A DNA stretch of 64,000 nt. It comes from Octopus bimaculoides (taxonomy: Eukaryota). The DNA lies in the NCBI RefSeq assembly GCF_001194135.2, contig NC_068985.1, positions 335,614 through 399,613 on the forward strand, read 5' to 3'. Every line of letters begins with the position of its first letter. Within the stretch, counting starts at the first letter, position 1. Below, piece by piece: positions 13,491 to 25,699 of the stretch. The notes under the pieces are model-generated. The model had not been told where the DNA came from. It did not search any database and worked only from the letters and a program-made list of their open reading frames with translations. Made by a program: the position numbers and the translations under genes.

Positions 13491-14197
13491 TTGTTGGGTA
13501 ACAAGACAACCAATAGTTTCATGTGCAGAGATCTTCACAATTGTTCAAGTGTATCACATGGAAATGCTTGTAATTGTCTCTATTTTGGATAAAAATAGCC
13601 TATATATATGTATGTATATGTATATATATAGATGTACATTTGTGTGTACGTGAGTACATGCATGTGCATATGGGTGTATGTGTGTGCATGTGTGAATATG
13701 TGTATCCATATATTTATGCAGCCCTACACATGTGTATGTAGATGTGTTTATACAATTGCATATGTATTGCTTATTCATTTTAATTTTGGTAGCAAACTTA
13801 ATTCATGAGTTTAACAGCTCATCATTAATCTTGGGTGTTTCTACTACAAGAATTTGGAGAAGATTTCTAATCTGAGGCTCATTCAATCTCATTTTGCTTT
13901 CTTCCCTACACCATCAATCTAGGACTCAGTTTTTCTTACCATTGTCAGAAGCCCTGCAAAACTCACAGCTGCTGCTGCTACTCCTTATTCGACCAAGGTT
14001 TTAAAAGTATTATGTTTAATTAGATTATTAATGTGTTTGGGTGTTTTTGAGGTTTTTAATTTTTGTTAGTTTGTTTTAGACTTGATTGTTAAGACCATCT
14101 TGAAGTATAATTCTCTATGTGCTTGTGTATATTAATATAAAAGAAAATATTTAACCAACCACATTGTTCAGATTGTCCAAAGGAAATGGAAACCATC

Positions 14198-14235
14198 ACT
14201 TACCTAGAAAATAAACAAAAGAAAAATTAAAATGA
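14198..14235 (-). promoter_or_regulatory. Fused 3'/5' splice site (candidate recursive splice site)
   Basis: Minus strand reads ttttaatttttcttttgtttattttctAG|GTAAGT. All three downstream frames stop within 12 codons. Confidence 0.4.
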
Positions 14236-14510
14236 AATCATTGGCAAATAAATATTTAACCAAATTTCTTCACATTAACAACACCAATACAAAAAATAAT
14301 TAAGGATCTGTATTCTATGACTTTTTAGCTATGACAGAGTGTTTGGTTGTTTGTTGGGAATAAAAGAATGTTACTTTATTGCTCAATGATACTGTACTGC
14401 CTTTCAACACGCTGGGATGAGAAGCACTCCTTTTTTTCTGTTAATAGAAATAACAGCATATAGACTATATTGGTAATGAAGTGCTCCTTCCCAGTATGGT
14501 CCATTCTTAC

Positions 14511-14543
14511 CATCTTAGGCATTTCAGTTAAAAAATTGTAATA
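14511..14543 (-). CDS. Candidate 33-nt frame-preserving microexon
   Basis: acctgcacag|TATTACAATTTTTTAACTGAAATGCCTAAGATG|gtaaga, encoding YYNFLTEMPKM. Confidence 0.2.
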
Positions 14544-15899
14544 CTGTGCAGGTATCATTGAGAATAATATGGAAACAGAATTTAGTGACAAATAATGCTA
14601 ATTCATCGGGAATGAATGGCATTATATGAATATATTTTTAAATCTGATATTTTGTTTCAAACTAGCAGGAAGTATTTGACATTTCTGAGGATCAGAAATA
14701 ATTAAAGAAAATTATAATAATCTTTATAAAATATCTAGTATTCCTTCAGTTTTCAAAATCAATCACCTTTCAAGTTTGAGATTCTTTATCGTTAAAGAAA
14801 TATAAAGTGTTTGAAGATATAGAATTGACAGAAGGTGCAATGATTAAAACCCACACCATCTTACAGTGCAGCATTCTTGTAAGATGTTTCCTTTCTGGGT
14901 GAAGAGTAGGAATGAAGCTAACAGGTGGGCAATTTTAGCAAGAGTTTAGTCAAAACAGAAGGCATTGTGTTAAAAGCAAGAGTTCCAAGATGAGAAACCG
15001 ATGAGAGCAAGTTTTATGCAGAGCTGCATCTGTAGAATCCATATTGTTGTTTCAGTGAGAAGGTAGAAAGATTGGGGATGACAAAGGAGGGGGTGTTTAT
15101 TTATGAGTGTTTGTTGTGAGTTTGAATTGTTGGGAGAGCCAGGTCAGCAGGGTTAGGGAGGTTGCTTTACATGGAGATGGGATTTATTGTTTCGTGTTTC
15201 CAGAGATGAGGATAGAAAAAGAGAATTGAATAGTTTATCAATTATAGGAGCTAACTCTGGAACATATCCTTTGTGGGTAATGAAATTGATACTGCTGGGT
15301 CAAATATTTTATAAAATAATATATTCTCTCAAAAATACATTTTTTCCCTTCACCTCAGTCCAAAATCCTAGCTTAGAAAATAATGTTGAATCTAACATCT
15401 TGTTTGTAAGCTATGACCCTGATTTTTGTCTTTCAGAAAAAAACAAATACAAAAACAGAAACCAAAAAAGAAAATTTAAGCTTATTAGATTCGTCAGGTT
15501 TACTTCTTGGGAAAAATTAACTTTGGAAGTGACACAACAATACAACCAACATTTAAATCTGTATTTCAGACTTGTTAAGTGATGTTCCATTAAATATTTA
15601 AGACATTTTATGTTGGAAAACAATATTTCTCAGATCTATTTCAAAAGGAAAATTAGATTGCAATGATGTTTCTGTATAATTCCACTGCATTTTTTTGTTA
15701 AAGTAATCCAAGATACAGGCTGCATCTAATCAAGGTTACTACTTCTATTGTGCTAGACAATATCATAAGGAACAGTTGCTCATTGATGAGAAATATTCAC
15801 ACAAGGTTTGAAACAAAGTCGCTATGATGAAAATAACGAAGGTCTGAGATACTGTTTAAAGGTAAAACTTGACAGGTGAAACTCGAGAACTTGTCATGA

Positions 15900-17160
15900 C
15901 GAAACAATGAGACAACAATGTATGTCTTGGACATACATTCACTACTTAACCAGGTAGAGGTGACCTCAAAAGAGGACATGCTTATCCTCAGTTTGCCAAT
16001 TCCTCCACCTGCCATTCACTTCACCCTCTAAGCTTTGCCAGCTTGAAAGATTGATGGACAAACTGAATGTGACTGACACCCCCACCAACACTGTTCCCAT
16101 TAAGGAACTGCTTTGCCATGCCAAAATTATTGTATACCTTTTGCAGTGCCCCTTGCTACAACCACGTATCTCTCCATCACTCCCATCAAATAAATATGGT
16201 GGCCTTGGCTTTCGATCTCTGGTCTCACTCATTCTGCTGGTTTTTCTCACTTTGGCGACCTGTTGTGTCCTCATTAACAGGGTTCTCCACAACACAACTG
16301 AACTGAACCTTCTGTGATTGGAGAATGTAAGATGACATACACAACATGGAGCCAGCTTGGCCTGTGCCCTGCTGATGTCCATCCCCCCCTCTGTGGACGT
16401 TTGGTCCTCTCAAAAGAAACAGGATGCCATCCAATGTAGCATGATCTTGGATAAGTTAGAGCACTGACTTAACCAGCTCCAGCTGGCATGTTTCTGCTCA
16501 GCCACTGAGCCTCACAACAGAGCCTGGCTCAATGTGGTGCCATCACTCTCGTCTGGCACACAGCTTGATAGTGACTCATGCATCAGCGTTTCCTTGAGGC
16601 TTGGCCAAAAGATCTGGGAGCCTCATGAATGTCACTGCATATCCACTGTGGATTATTTTGGCCACTACCCACTGTCCTGCCATCATATGCTGGCCACCTG
16701 CTACACCATACTGCTCTTAACAAAATCATAAAGCATGGCCTAGATGCTGCAGGCTTCCCTTCATAGCTCGAGCCAGTGGGGTTAGATTGAGGGGACAGTA
16801 AAAGGCCTGATGGTATGACAATTTTCTTGTTCTATTGTGGTAGCCCCCTCATCTGAGATGCTACATGCTGTGACATCTCCAGCCGCAACTTGGTGCATTC
16901 AGCTACCAGTTCAGACCCTGCTGCCTGTCAGGCTGAGAAAAGCAAACTGTTAAGTTATTGGTTACTGGTTCTTAGTTGAGCCAGTGGCAGTGGAGACCTT
17001 TGGCATTCTCAGCGCCCAGACCATATATATCCCTGCTCACCACTATTGAGGTGCAGATGGCTGTCTGCAAGTGCAAGCCCCGTGAGTCAGAGTGGCTGTT
17101 TCAGTGCATCTCACTCACCATCTTCCAGGGCAATTCCCTTTTCCATTTTGTCTGCTGGGA
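15900..17160 (+). mobile_element. CRE-clade RLE non-LTR retrotransposon remnant (post-RT region, zinc knuckle, RLE)
   Basis: [115 protein letters not shown] and RESEWLFQCISLTIFQGN. These are recalled CRE-type motifs. Confidence 0.8.
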
Positions 17161-17386
17161 CCCCATGAGGCAATCTAAATTACAGGAAAATTGCATGTTT
17201 CGCTCTTTAATATAGCAAAAACACTAGCAGCAGCAGTAGCAGCAACAACAACAATTAACCCAGACCATTCAATAACTGCTTTTTCTATATTTTTTTTTTC
17301 GTTTTTCATCTTCTCTCTTGTTTTTCCCCACTTCTTCTTCCTCCTCTTTCTTTTCTTACATTGAAGTTGATAGATTTTTTTAATAT

Positions 17387-17549
17387 AGGTGCAGGCATGG
17401 CTGTGTGGTAAGAAGCTTGTTTCCCAACCAAGTGGTTCCAGGTTCATTACCACTGCATGGAACCTTGGGCAAGTGTCTTCTACTATAGCTTTGGGCCAAC
17501 AAAAGCCGTGTGAATGTATTTGGTAGACAGAAACTGAAAGAACCCCATC

Positions 17550-17587
<38 letters not shown>

Positions 17588-17842
17588 AAGGGCATCCAGC
17601 TGTAGAAACTCTGCCAAATCAGATTGGAGCCTGGTGTTTTATTATGGCAACCGAATAATTGTCACATATTATATTACAGATGTATATATATATATATAAT
17701 TAATTCAATAATAGGATAAAATCCTGTACAAGAATTTTATCAAGTAGCTAGCATGAAAAAACTCACAAGAGAAAAATCCATCATTATTCTCTAGAATATA
17801 TTTATTTATTTATATAAGGGCATTCTTCTATAGTAATGCCCT

Positions 17843-17873
<31 letters not shown>

Positions 17874-18075
17874 TTGTGTGTCTGTGTTTGTCCCCCCACC
17901 ATCACTTGACAATCAATGTTGGTGTGCTTATATCCCTGTAACTAAGCAGTTCAGCAAATAAGAACGATAATATAAGTACTAGGCTTACAAAGAATATGTC
18001 CTGGAGTCGATTTGTTCGACTAAAGGTGGTGCTCCAGCATGGCCACAGTCAAATGACTGAAACAAGTAAAGGGGA
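17387..18075 (+). mobile_element. tRNA-headed SINE split by nested insertions
   Basis: Head at 17387-17550 with A-box-like TGGCTGTGTGG, B-box-like GGTTCA and CCTTGGGCAAGTGTCTT. Body and tail at 17875-18075 (GTCGATTTGTTCGACTAAAGGTGGTGCTCCAGCATGGCCACAGTCAAATGACTGAAACAAGTAAA). Unrelated repeat pieces lie between. Confidence 0.75.
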
Positions 18076-18431
18076 AAAGAATAATATGCAGAAAGAAAAT
18101 ATTGTCCAACCATTGAAGAGACTCAAAATGACGCAAAAGGATTTACAATTGAGTCAAACTGATTAAAACAGGAGTTGTCTTAACACACACACACACATGC
18201 ACATGCACATGCACACACACAAACACACAAACACACATTATCACTTAAATATCAAATGGATAACATATTTTACTCAAATGCTAATGTTTCCTTTCTTAAT
18301 TTTCTTAAACAAATAGCAACAACAATGTTCTTCCTTTGTCATTATGCGAGCTCATTTAAGCTAAATTTTGTTTAACATTCTCTTAATAGACAAAGAATTG
18401 CTACTGATTAAGTTTTTCTCCTCACATTTAG

Positions 18432-18529
18432 CCATTGCTCAACTGATGAGGGCTTCTGGGAAAAGGCAGTCAGGCTTGCCACAGCTCTGTCATATCTCAC
18501 TGACACAAAGGGTCATAAAATATTCAGAG
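18432..18529 (+). CDS. Candidate 98-nt exon
   Basis: tttttctcctcacatttag|...TTCAGAG|gtaata. Open frame HCSTDEGFWEKAVRLATALSYLTDTKGHKIFR; a second frame is also open. Confidence 0.25.
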
Positions 18530-18542
18530 GTAATATTTTTAG

Positions 18543-18576
<34 letters not shown>

Positions 18577-20202
18577 CCTCTCAGCAATTCTTTTTTAGCA
18601 GTTTTAGCTAGGCATTAGGCATTCTGAGAAAGGATTCTATTAAAGCTATCCAGGCTAGTTGCAAAAAGTTGGTGTCATTGGAGTGAATATATTTGATTTA
18701 AGCCATAACAGTGATTCCATATTTGAGAAGAGAAATAGAAATACTCTTGGTTTAAGGGAAATATAATTGTATAGGGGACGTAGCTTTAGAAATGCCAGAC
18801 ACCTCCGCTCGGTAGGAGAGTGTTAAAGAATATTACTTGTCAAAGAATCATAATGTAATTTCTTTAGCATGGAAGAAATTTGCTATGGCCTGACATTAGT
18901 CATGTTTCTTGGAAATCAGTTTAAATATGCTTTAAAGAAATCTTGATTCATAAAAGACAGCAAATAAATTATTGAAGAAGAAGAAGCCACAAGGTAAATG
19001 TCAACCGTAACCTAAGAAATTCACATCAAAATTACTGATTTTGTTAAGTCCAGCAGTAATTGTTTAATTCGGTTGTCACTGGTTACCATTATTTCACTGC
19101 AATAACCATGGAGTTTAGAAACACCTAATTGAATTTCTCCTGTCATTGTTCTTTGTAATTAAATGCTATTTTGATTATGTTGCTATAAAACAGATCCCTT
19201 CATTTTGTTCTCTCTTTAAGAAACTTGTCTACGAAAGAGTTTGCTTTGAATATGTTGTCTAAAATACAGTCTTACATTTTATAACCACTTTAAGATTATT
19301 CCGCACTAAAATATAAAACCTATAAATCACAGTGACTGTAAGAAACTGAACTTCTAGTTTGAACATGAATGTGTTTATCTTACTGGCATTCATATTGTAG
19401 CTTGAGCACAAAATCAAAAACTCAAATATGATTGAGGATTTGTTCTTTCAAATTTACTCCCTCAATCATGTTAAGAAATTGAAAAATTTCCATGTAATTT
19501 AGAGTGATTTGGTTTTTCTATTTCCAACCAGAAAATTAAAGAATGCAATTAGTCATAATTTCGGTGATATGGCAAGTTATATAAAATATTACGAGAATTA
19601 AGATGATACACTTATATATTTAAAAAAAAAGTGCCCCATGTGGGAAACAAAAAAGACTAATGGGGTTAATATCAAAAGAAACAGTGATGACTATAGAGGT
19701 GAAAGCATATAGGGAGGATGTGGTTTACATGGAGGGGCAAATATAAACCTGAAAACTTTATTGACACATAATTCATGTTGAAATTTGCAAAACAATAGAA
19801 TCAAGGCTATAGGTTTCCAGTTGGACAATCACTGGTTCCTGCACTTTGGATGTTGGGAGATACAAAGCGGCATCATTGATTTTTCAGATTCTTGTTGATA
19901 TTTCTATCTTTCACTTGATTTACATAAGACAAAATTACATTCATACATGTTCCAAGTGAAAACGAATGTTTCACTATAAGGGATCATCAGGGAACAATTT
20001 ATTGTATAATGTTAGAGAGGAGTGAAGTCCCAGAGTTGGTTAGGTGGTGAGGTATTTTATAAGTATTTTGAGAGGAAAATTGAAAGAAAGCAATTGACAG
20101 GGAAAGATAAAAAGGGAGAAAAAGAAACAAGTAAAAGGGAGAACTCTAAACTTTATTGTAGCAGTCGTACATCTATTTGTATAAACAAAATACACACACA
20201 CA

Positions 20203-20244
<42 letters not shown>

Positions 20245-20389
20245 TGAATGTAGAACACAGCACTCTCCAATATACAAACATGCTTCTCGCAACATGCAGT
20301 TGCATACACATAAAAAAACATACACACTCCATGAATACATGTATCTCACCCACACACACACATAAATACATACAAGATGTCGATTTTTG

Positions 20390-20660
20390 CAATCTCCTGC
20401 CATCGGAAAACCACTTTCTCTATTTCTCTCCAATTTCTGGTCAGTTATTTTTCAGCTACACAACAACACAGACTTTTCTCAGACAATCTGCTTCTTCTTC
20501 CTTCCCCCCCCTCTCTGGACCTTATCCTCTTTCTGATGAAGAACCACGCTCAAAATGTACATTTCCAATCCTATTTTTCCATCTAAACTCTCAATCAGTA
20601 TCAATCTATTACATTCACTGTGTATGTCTAATTGACATTTCTTGTTTTTTTCCTGTTCTT
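20390..20660 (+). mobile_element. PLE-type terminal fragment with a decayed hammerhead motif
   Basis: CT-rich tract followed by CTGATGAA-GAAC-CAC-GCTC-AAAATGT at 20533-20558, a CpG-decayed counterpart of the 60940-60976 motif. Confidence 0.5.
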
Positions 20661-20714
20661 TTCTTATTTTTGATTTCCATCCCCCCTACACACACATTTA
20701 TACATATATAAATA

Positions 20715-20890
20715 GATATGCCATGCTGGTGCTGCATAAAAGCATCCTGTACACTCTGTAAAGTGGTTGGCTGCATGAAAGGCATCCAACCATAGAAACC
20801 ATACCAAAACAGACATGGAGCCTGGCCAGCTTCTGTCAAACCGTCCAACCCATGCCAGCACAGAAAACGGACATTAAATGATGATGATGA
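20715..20890 (+). mobile_element. RTE-type 3' tail / SINE
   Basis: GCTGGTGCTGCATAAAAGCATCC...AACCCATGCCAGCAC...(GAT)n. Confidence 0.8.
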
Positions 20891-20904
20891 TATATAATTG
20901 TGGA

Positions 20905-21480
20905 GGAAATCTGTGGAAAGAGTAGACTCTGGAACGAAGCAGCGAAAAATGGTTTCCAGGTGTTAAACCTCAAAGAAGAGATGACAAGGAGCCAAGAATT
21001 CTGGCAATTTGCAGTGCTGAAGAAGACATGGCCATCCATCCATACAGGCATGTCCTCTATGGTCATGTTCCCTTCCCTCACACACATATAATCTGTTCTG
21101 TTCTCTGTCAAAACTTCCCTACAATCCATCTTCCCAACACCCCAACAACACACTGTAGGCCCCTCTTCTCCACTCCACTCTCCCTAGTGAATCTCACCTG
21201 TTGCAGGCTTGCCTCTCTCCCTCACATGCTTATACACACACTCTCCAACCCAACACCATCTATTACTCTCTTACTCTGTCTATCTTTCTCTCTAACTTTC
21301 TCCCACTTTCCTTATCCCACTTGCATAGCCAAATGTCTCCTCCTTCCCTCTATTATACTCCAACCTCCTACCTTGCATACAGTCATTTCCATCAGTCCCA
21401 CTCCTTCTGTCAGTGAGGAGCTCTTTGTCTTGCAAGTTACTTGGTGACCCCTCTAGTGCTGGTGCCATGTGAAAAGCACC
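20905..21480 (+). mobile_element. RTE LINE ORF end and 3' UTR
   Basis: LWNEAAKNGFQVLNLKEEMTRSQEFWQFAVLKKT, a CT-rich UTR like that at 3250-3990, and GTTACTTGGTGACC..GTGCTGGTGCCATGTGAAAAGCACC. Confidence 0.7.
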
Positions 21481-21482
21481 TG

Positions 21483-22100
21483 TACAGATGTTACATAAAA
21501 ATTTAATTTACCAGTTGTTACAGTATGGTGCAGCTTATCATCGAAAGAATAGGACCATTCTTTTTCAACAGAACTGTGACCAATCTCATTTACCTCAACT
21601 TGCTGTGACCCAATCATGCTACACACATTCAATAGGATTTTGAAAAAGTGGAGTTTATTTCCAGCAAGATAGTGACCCCCCCCCCCCNNNNNNNNNNNNC
21701 ACAACCTTGACAATGTAAGGGCATATCTTGATAAGGTTTTGCCAAACAGGTGGATTAAGACAAAGAAGTTCAGTAGAATATCCTCTGTGTTCATTGGAAA
21801 CCACATCAAAAGACATTTTTTATGGAGATACCTAAATGGTAAAGTTAACGGTACAAAACCAACAACAGCCAATGGATTGAGGACAACTATAGAATGAGAA
21901 TGCTCACAGATCCTGAAAGAATAAAGAGAATACTCAAAGATGGTGATGTTTACAGTTCCACGACGCTGGGTTATCTTTTCAAATGTAGACATTTAAGCAA
22001 TTACACAGGCAATATCAGTTATGTTATTTCAAACTATGGCAGAATGTCTATAGGAGGTCACTGCACATACTGTGGCATCATTTTATAGCTATGTCAATCT
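21483..22100 (+). mobile_element. rosa (DD41D)-type Tc1/mariner transposase remnant
   Basis: NLPVVTVWC.LSSK..IGPFFFNRTVTNLIYLNLL, FQQDSDPP, VRAYLDKVLPNRWI and FLWRYLNGKVNGTKPTT, with frameshifts. Confidence 0.8.
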
Positions 22101-23280
22101 AGAATGCAATTCCCAGTTGTGTCAAAGAGAAAATTCTGAATAAAGCAAAGTTCAGTAAGATATATAAATCAAGACAAGTGGAATCTAAATATTACAAAAG
22201 CAAGATTCAATCTGAAACAATTTTTAATGAAATATCATTTGTTACCTCGAAAGGACCATTTGTTGTAATGGTAAAATATAGATAAATAGAATTTTGACAA
22301 AAAATGGAGAAATAAGAAATGGAATTCTAATTACACCATCAAAAGTAAATGTTCAGTATTATTCTAAGCAAGAATGCTCTGACAACACTTATAGTAACTC
22401 ACTTGATATAAAGCATGTCTGGGCTTGGATTCTTGAACAAAGTAAACCAATAATCAATAACTGACAAAAGAATTCTAGAGAAAGAACTTTTACACATGTT
22501 TCTATTCCCGTTAATCTTTAAAATATTCTATGAAATATACCTGCAATTAGTTCATATTTAACATGACAATCAAACTGGTGTGTGATTGTAATCATAGATG
22601 TGTGTGTGTGTACATATGTGTATATAAGTATATATAAGCTTATGTGTTTGTCCATGTGTGTATTAAATGTATTGTATCTTCCATTCTGGCACATTCTGAA
22701 TAAGCTTGCAGAGCTGTGTATTCTCATATGTCTTGATGATTTCAGTGCCACTTTGAGACTAAACTTATTTGGATACTGCGTTCCAATATTTTACCTGATC
22801 TACAACCAAACTGTGTCAAGAATTTTGTCAGTCAATTATACTCACAGCTTACTAAACACCTAATGTTAAACAATGCACCTATCATCATAATCACAAACAT
22901 CTATCATTTACAACTAGCACACACACACACAAAAACAAACAAACTTGTGTAATATTATTCAAGATCAACTTCTTAAAGAACATATTTTTAACGATGCGTA
23001 CTGCAAGTGTGCTTCGTTTGATTTCGAAAATAATCAAGAATTCAATTAAAATTAGTAAAATAATTAACTTTTACATTTATTTCCAAATAAAGCTGATGCT
23101 TGGAACAACTTAAGAAATGGTTCTAGTATAGAATTCTAAAAATTTTGTTAAAAGAATCAAAAACGGTATAAGTAGGATTGGTATCAAAAGAATTAAGCAA
23201 AATGTAGCAACAACAAATCTTTTCATAATTAGTTGTTCTTTCAAGCATTAATGTGAAATGCATGAAATTGGAGAAACACA

Positions 23281-23386
23281 GTAGCAGTAGTAGTAGTAGT
23301 AGTAGTAGTAAGAGTAGTAGTAGTAAGCAGCAGCAGCAGTAGTAGTAGTAGTAGTAGTAGTAGTAGCAAGTAGCAACAGCAGCAGT
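23281..23386. repeat. (AGT)n/(AGC)n trinucleotide repeat
   Basis: Direct inspection. Confidence 0.9.
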
Positions 23387-23684
23387 ATTCTTATAGAGTA
23401 TATAAAATATTTGAAGGAAGCGATATCTGCAGATGGTTGTCCCTTAAATAAATGTCCTTAAATATTGGCTTCAATCATTTTGTGCAAAATGCATTACTGA
23501 GAAACTCACACACACGAACTTATATACTTATATATATAAATAAAATATCAAATATTATCATTAAGTTTGAAAACAGAGAGATCTAATGGATACAAATTAA
23601 TTAAATAATTAATTAATTATTAAACCAGTGCATCTTGGATAAAAATGTTCCGAAAAGAAGTCTAAATATCCTCATAGTGACTCG

Positions 23685-23728
<44 letters not shown>

Positions 23729-24199
23729 TGTAAAAGAAGAGCTCAATTAAGTCAGATTAAAGCAAATTAACACCAAAGCACCTCTGTGTGTTTTGGAATC
23801 TCATGTAATTTAACGATGCATATCAGTGGTGAACACAGAGTTGAAACTGCATAATTGTTGTATTAGACATAATGTAATTTATAGTAATAAGAATAAAACA
23901 AATGGGTGTTTTAGGGTATTTCTAGACATGTTTCTGAAGTGATTCTATTTAGAACACCAGTACATTATGTAATTTGGCATGTAACATTATGTAACACCAT
24001 GTAATATTACACAAGTTCATGTTTTTATAAAGCATCACTTCTTTAGGTAATATGCCTTCAACATTTAGTGACAGATTTAAACATGGACTTGGGTAATGGT
24101 ACATGATGGTATTATGTACTTTTTGTGTTTTGAATAAATATGCCAAAGGAATAAGTGTAGCGATGATGATGATTACACACACACACACACACACACATA

Positions 24200-24630
24200 T
24201 AGACATGGCTGATGCTGGCACCCATGGCGGTGACACATAAAAAACAACTTTTTGAGCATTGGGCATCACAGAAGCAGAGTGGCACCCATGCTGGTGGCAC
24301 ATGAAAAGCTACTTTTGACTGTTGGTTTTCACAGAAGCAATGCCTGTGACCTTTGGCATTATGTCGTGCTTGAGAAGAAGACCCATCAAGCCAAGTAAAA
24401 TTGTAGTCATGGCAGATACTGGTGTCATGCAAATGGCACCCATGCTGGTGGCATGTAAAAGCACCCACTACACTCTCAGAGTGGTTGGCATTAGGAAGGG
24501 CATCCAGCTGTAGAAAACAGTGCCAAATCAGACTGGATCCTGGCACAGCCTTCCAGCATGCCAGCCCTGGTCAAACTGTTCAACCAATGCCAGTGTGGAC
24601 AACGGACATTAAATGGTGATGATGATGATA
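24200..24630 (+). mobile_element. Modular RTE-tail element with three TGGCACCCATG(C/G)...AAAA modules
   Basis: Modules near 24214, 24279 and 24434, followed by the shared tail and (GAT)n. Confidence 0.8.
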
Positions 24631-24879
24631 TATATGTATATGTATGTATGTATCTATCTATATCTATCTACATGCACCATGCATGCACATACATACATAC
24701 ATACATACATATACACACACACACATAGACACATACATGAATAAGCAGCATATCTGACATTGGCTGAAAATGAAGCACACAATTCAGATCATGGCAAATC
24801 TGCAAAACTTATTATTTCAGAGATTCGTTTTTTGCCTCTGTTTTTTAAAACTTTACTCGTCCTTTACTCACTAGGTATT

Positions 24880-25000
24880 GAAACCCTGCCAAATCAGACT
24901 GCAGTCAGGTGCAGCCTTCCAGCTTGACAGCCCTGGTCAAACCGTCCAACCCATGCCAGCATGGACAACAGACATCAAATGATGATGATGATGATGACTG
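24880..25000 (+). mobile_element. RTE-type 3' tail fragment
   Basis: TGCCAAATCAGACTG...CCAACCCATGCCAGCATGGA...(GAT)n. Confidence 0.8.
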
Positions 25001-25699
25001 CATAGGTAAGCAGGCCAATAAGGAGCCTACCTCCATATCTTTCTCACTTTTCATTCATTTATGGACATTTTTTTTTATTTCTATGCTTTAAACATTGAAT
25101 ATTATGATTGTTGTTAAATTTTTTTCACGTCCATGGAATCCTCTTTTGCACTTAACTAAAATCTTAACCTTAAACTCTAACCCTAAAACACTTGCCCTAA
25201 TTGCAAGCCGAGCTTATTCTTTTGTGATTAGTGCTTAACACATCTAATGATTCAAAATAAATAAACACAAAATACATAACAATTTCTGAAAATGCCAAAA
25301 ATGGAAGCATCCCTGCTAGCTGTGAACTCCAATTTAAGTGCTTGCAATAATTTGCAAGAAAATGTTATTAAAAGTTGCTTATTTTTCCCCAGAATTATAA
25401 AAACATTTTTCCACAAATAGAAGAAAACAGCAGTATTATTGAGGTGTGGTGTTCAAATTACATATCTCTGCCAATATATCTGATAATTTAATTTATATTT
25501 ATATTTGAAATATACATAATTTAATGCTAGTATACCCGTGTTGTCAAAAATGTCAACAGTTTTATTAATGATAGAAAATGGCATATCAAAAGATATCAGC
25601 AATTGAGTAAATATATGTACATACATGAAACTAAAGCACTTGAACAGCCATATGCAATTGTAATGTCTTGGTTGAAAATATAATTGTCCACATATGATG

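Noticed and set aside
13940-13953. 14-nt microexon ttttgcag|GGCTTCTGACAATG|gtaaga
   Set aside because: Very short pyrimidine tract that overlaps another donor-like site. Not separable from chance.
17395-17460. tRNA gene
   Set aside because: A/B-box-like motifs continue into a SINE body and there is no full cloverleaf. The same applies at 53.6 kb and 61.8 kb.
18443-18465. CTGATGAG...GAAA hammerhead core
   Set aside because: The intervening GGGCTTCTGG cannot form helix II, and helices I and III are absent.
20022-20711. 229-aa ORF
   Set aside because: Runs through (CA)n microsatellites and a repeat terminus, with low-complexity translation.
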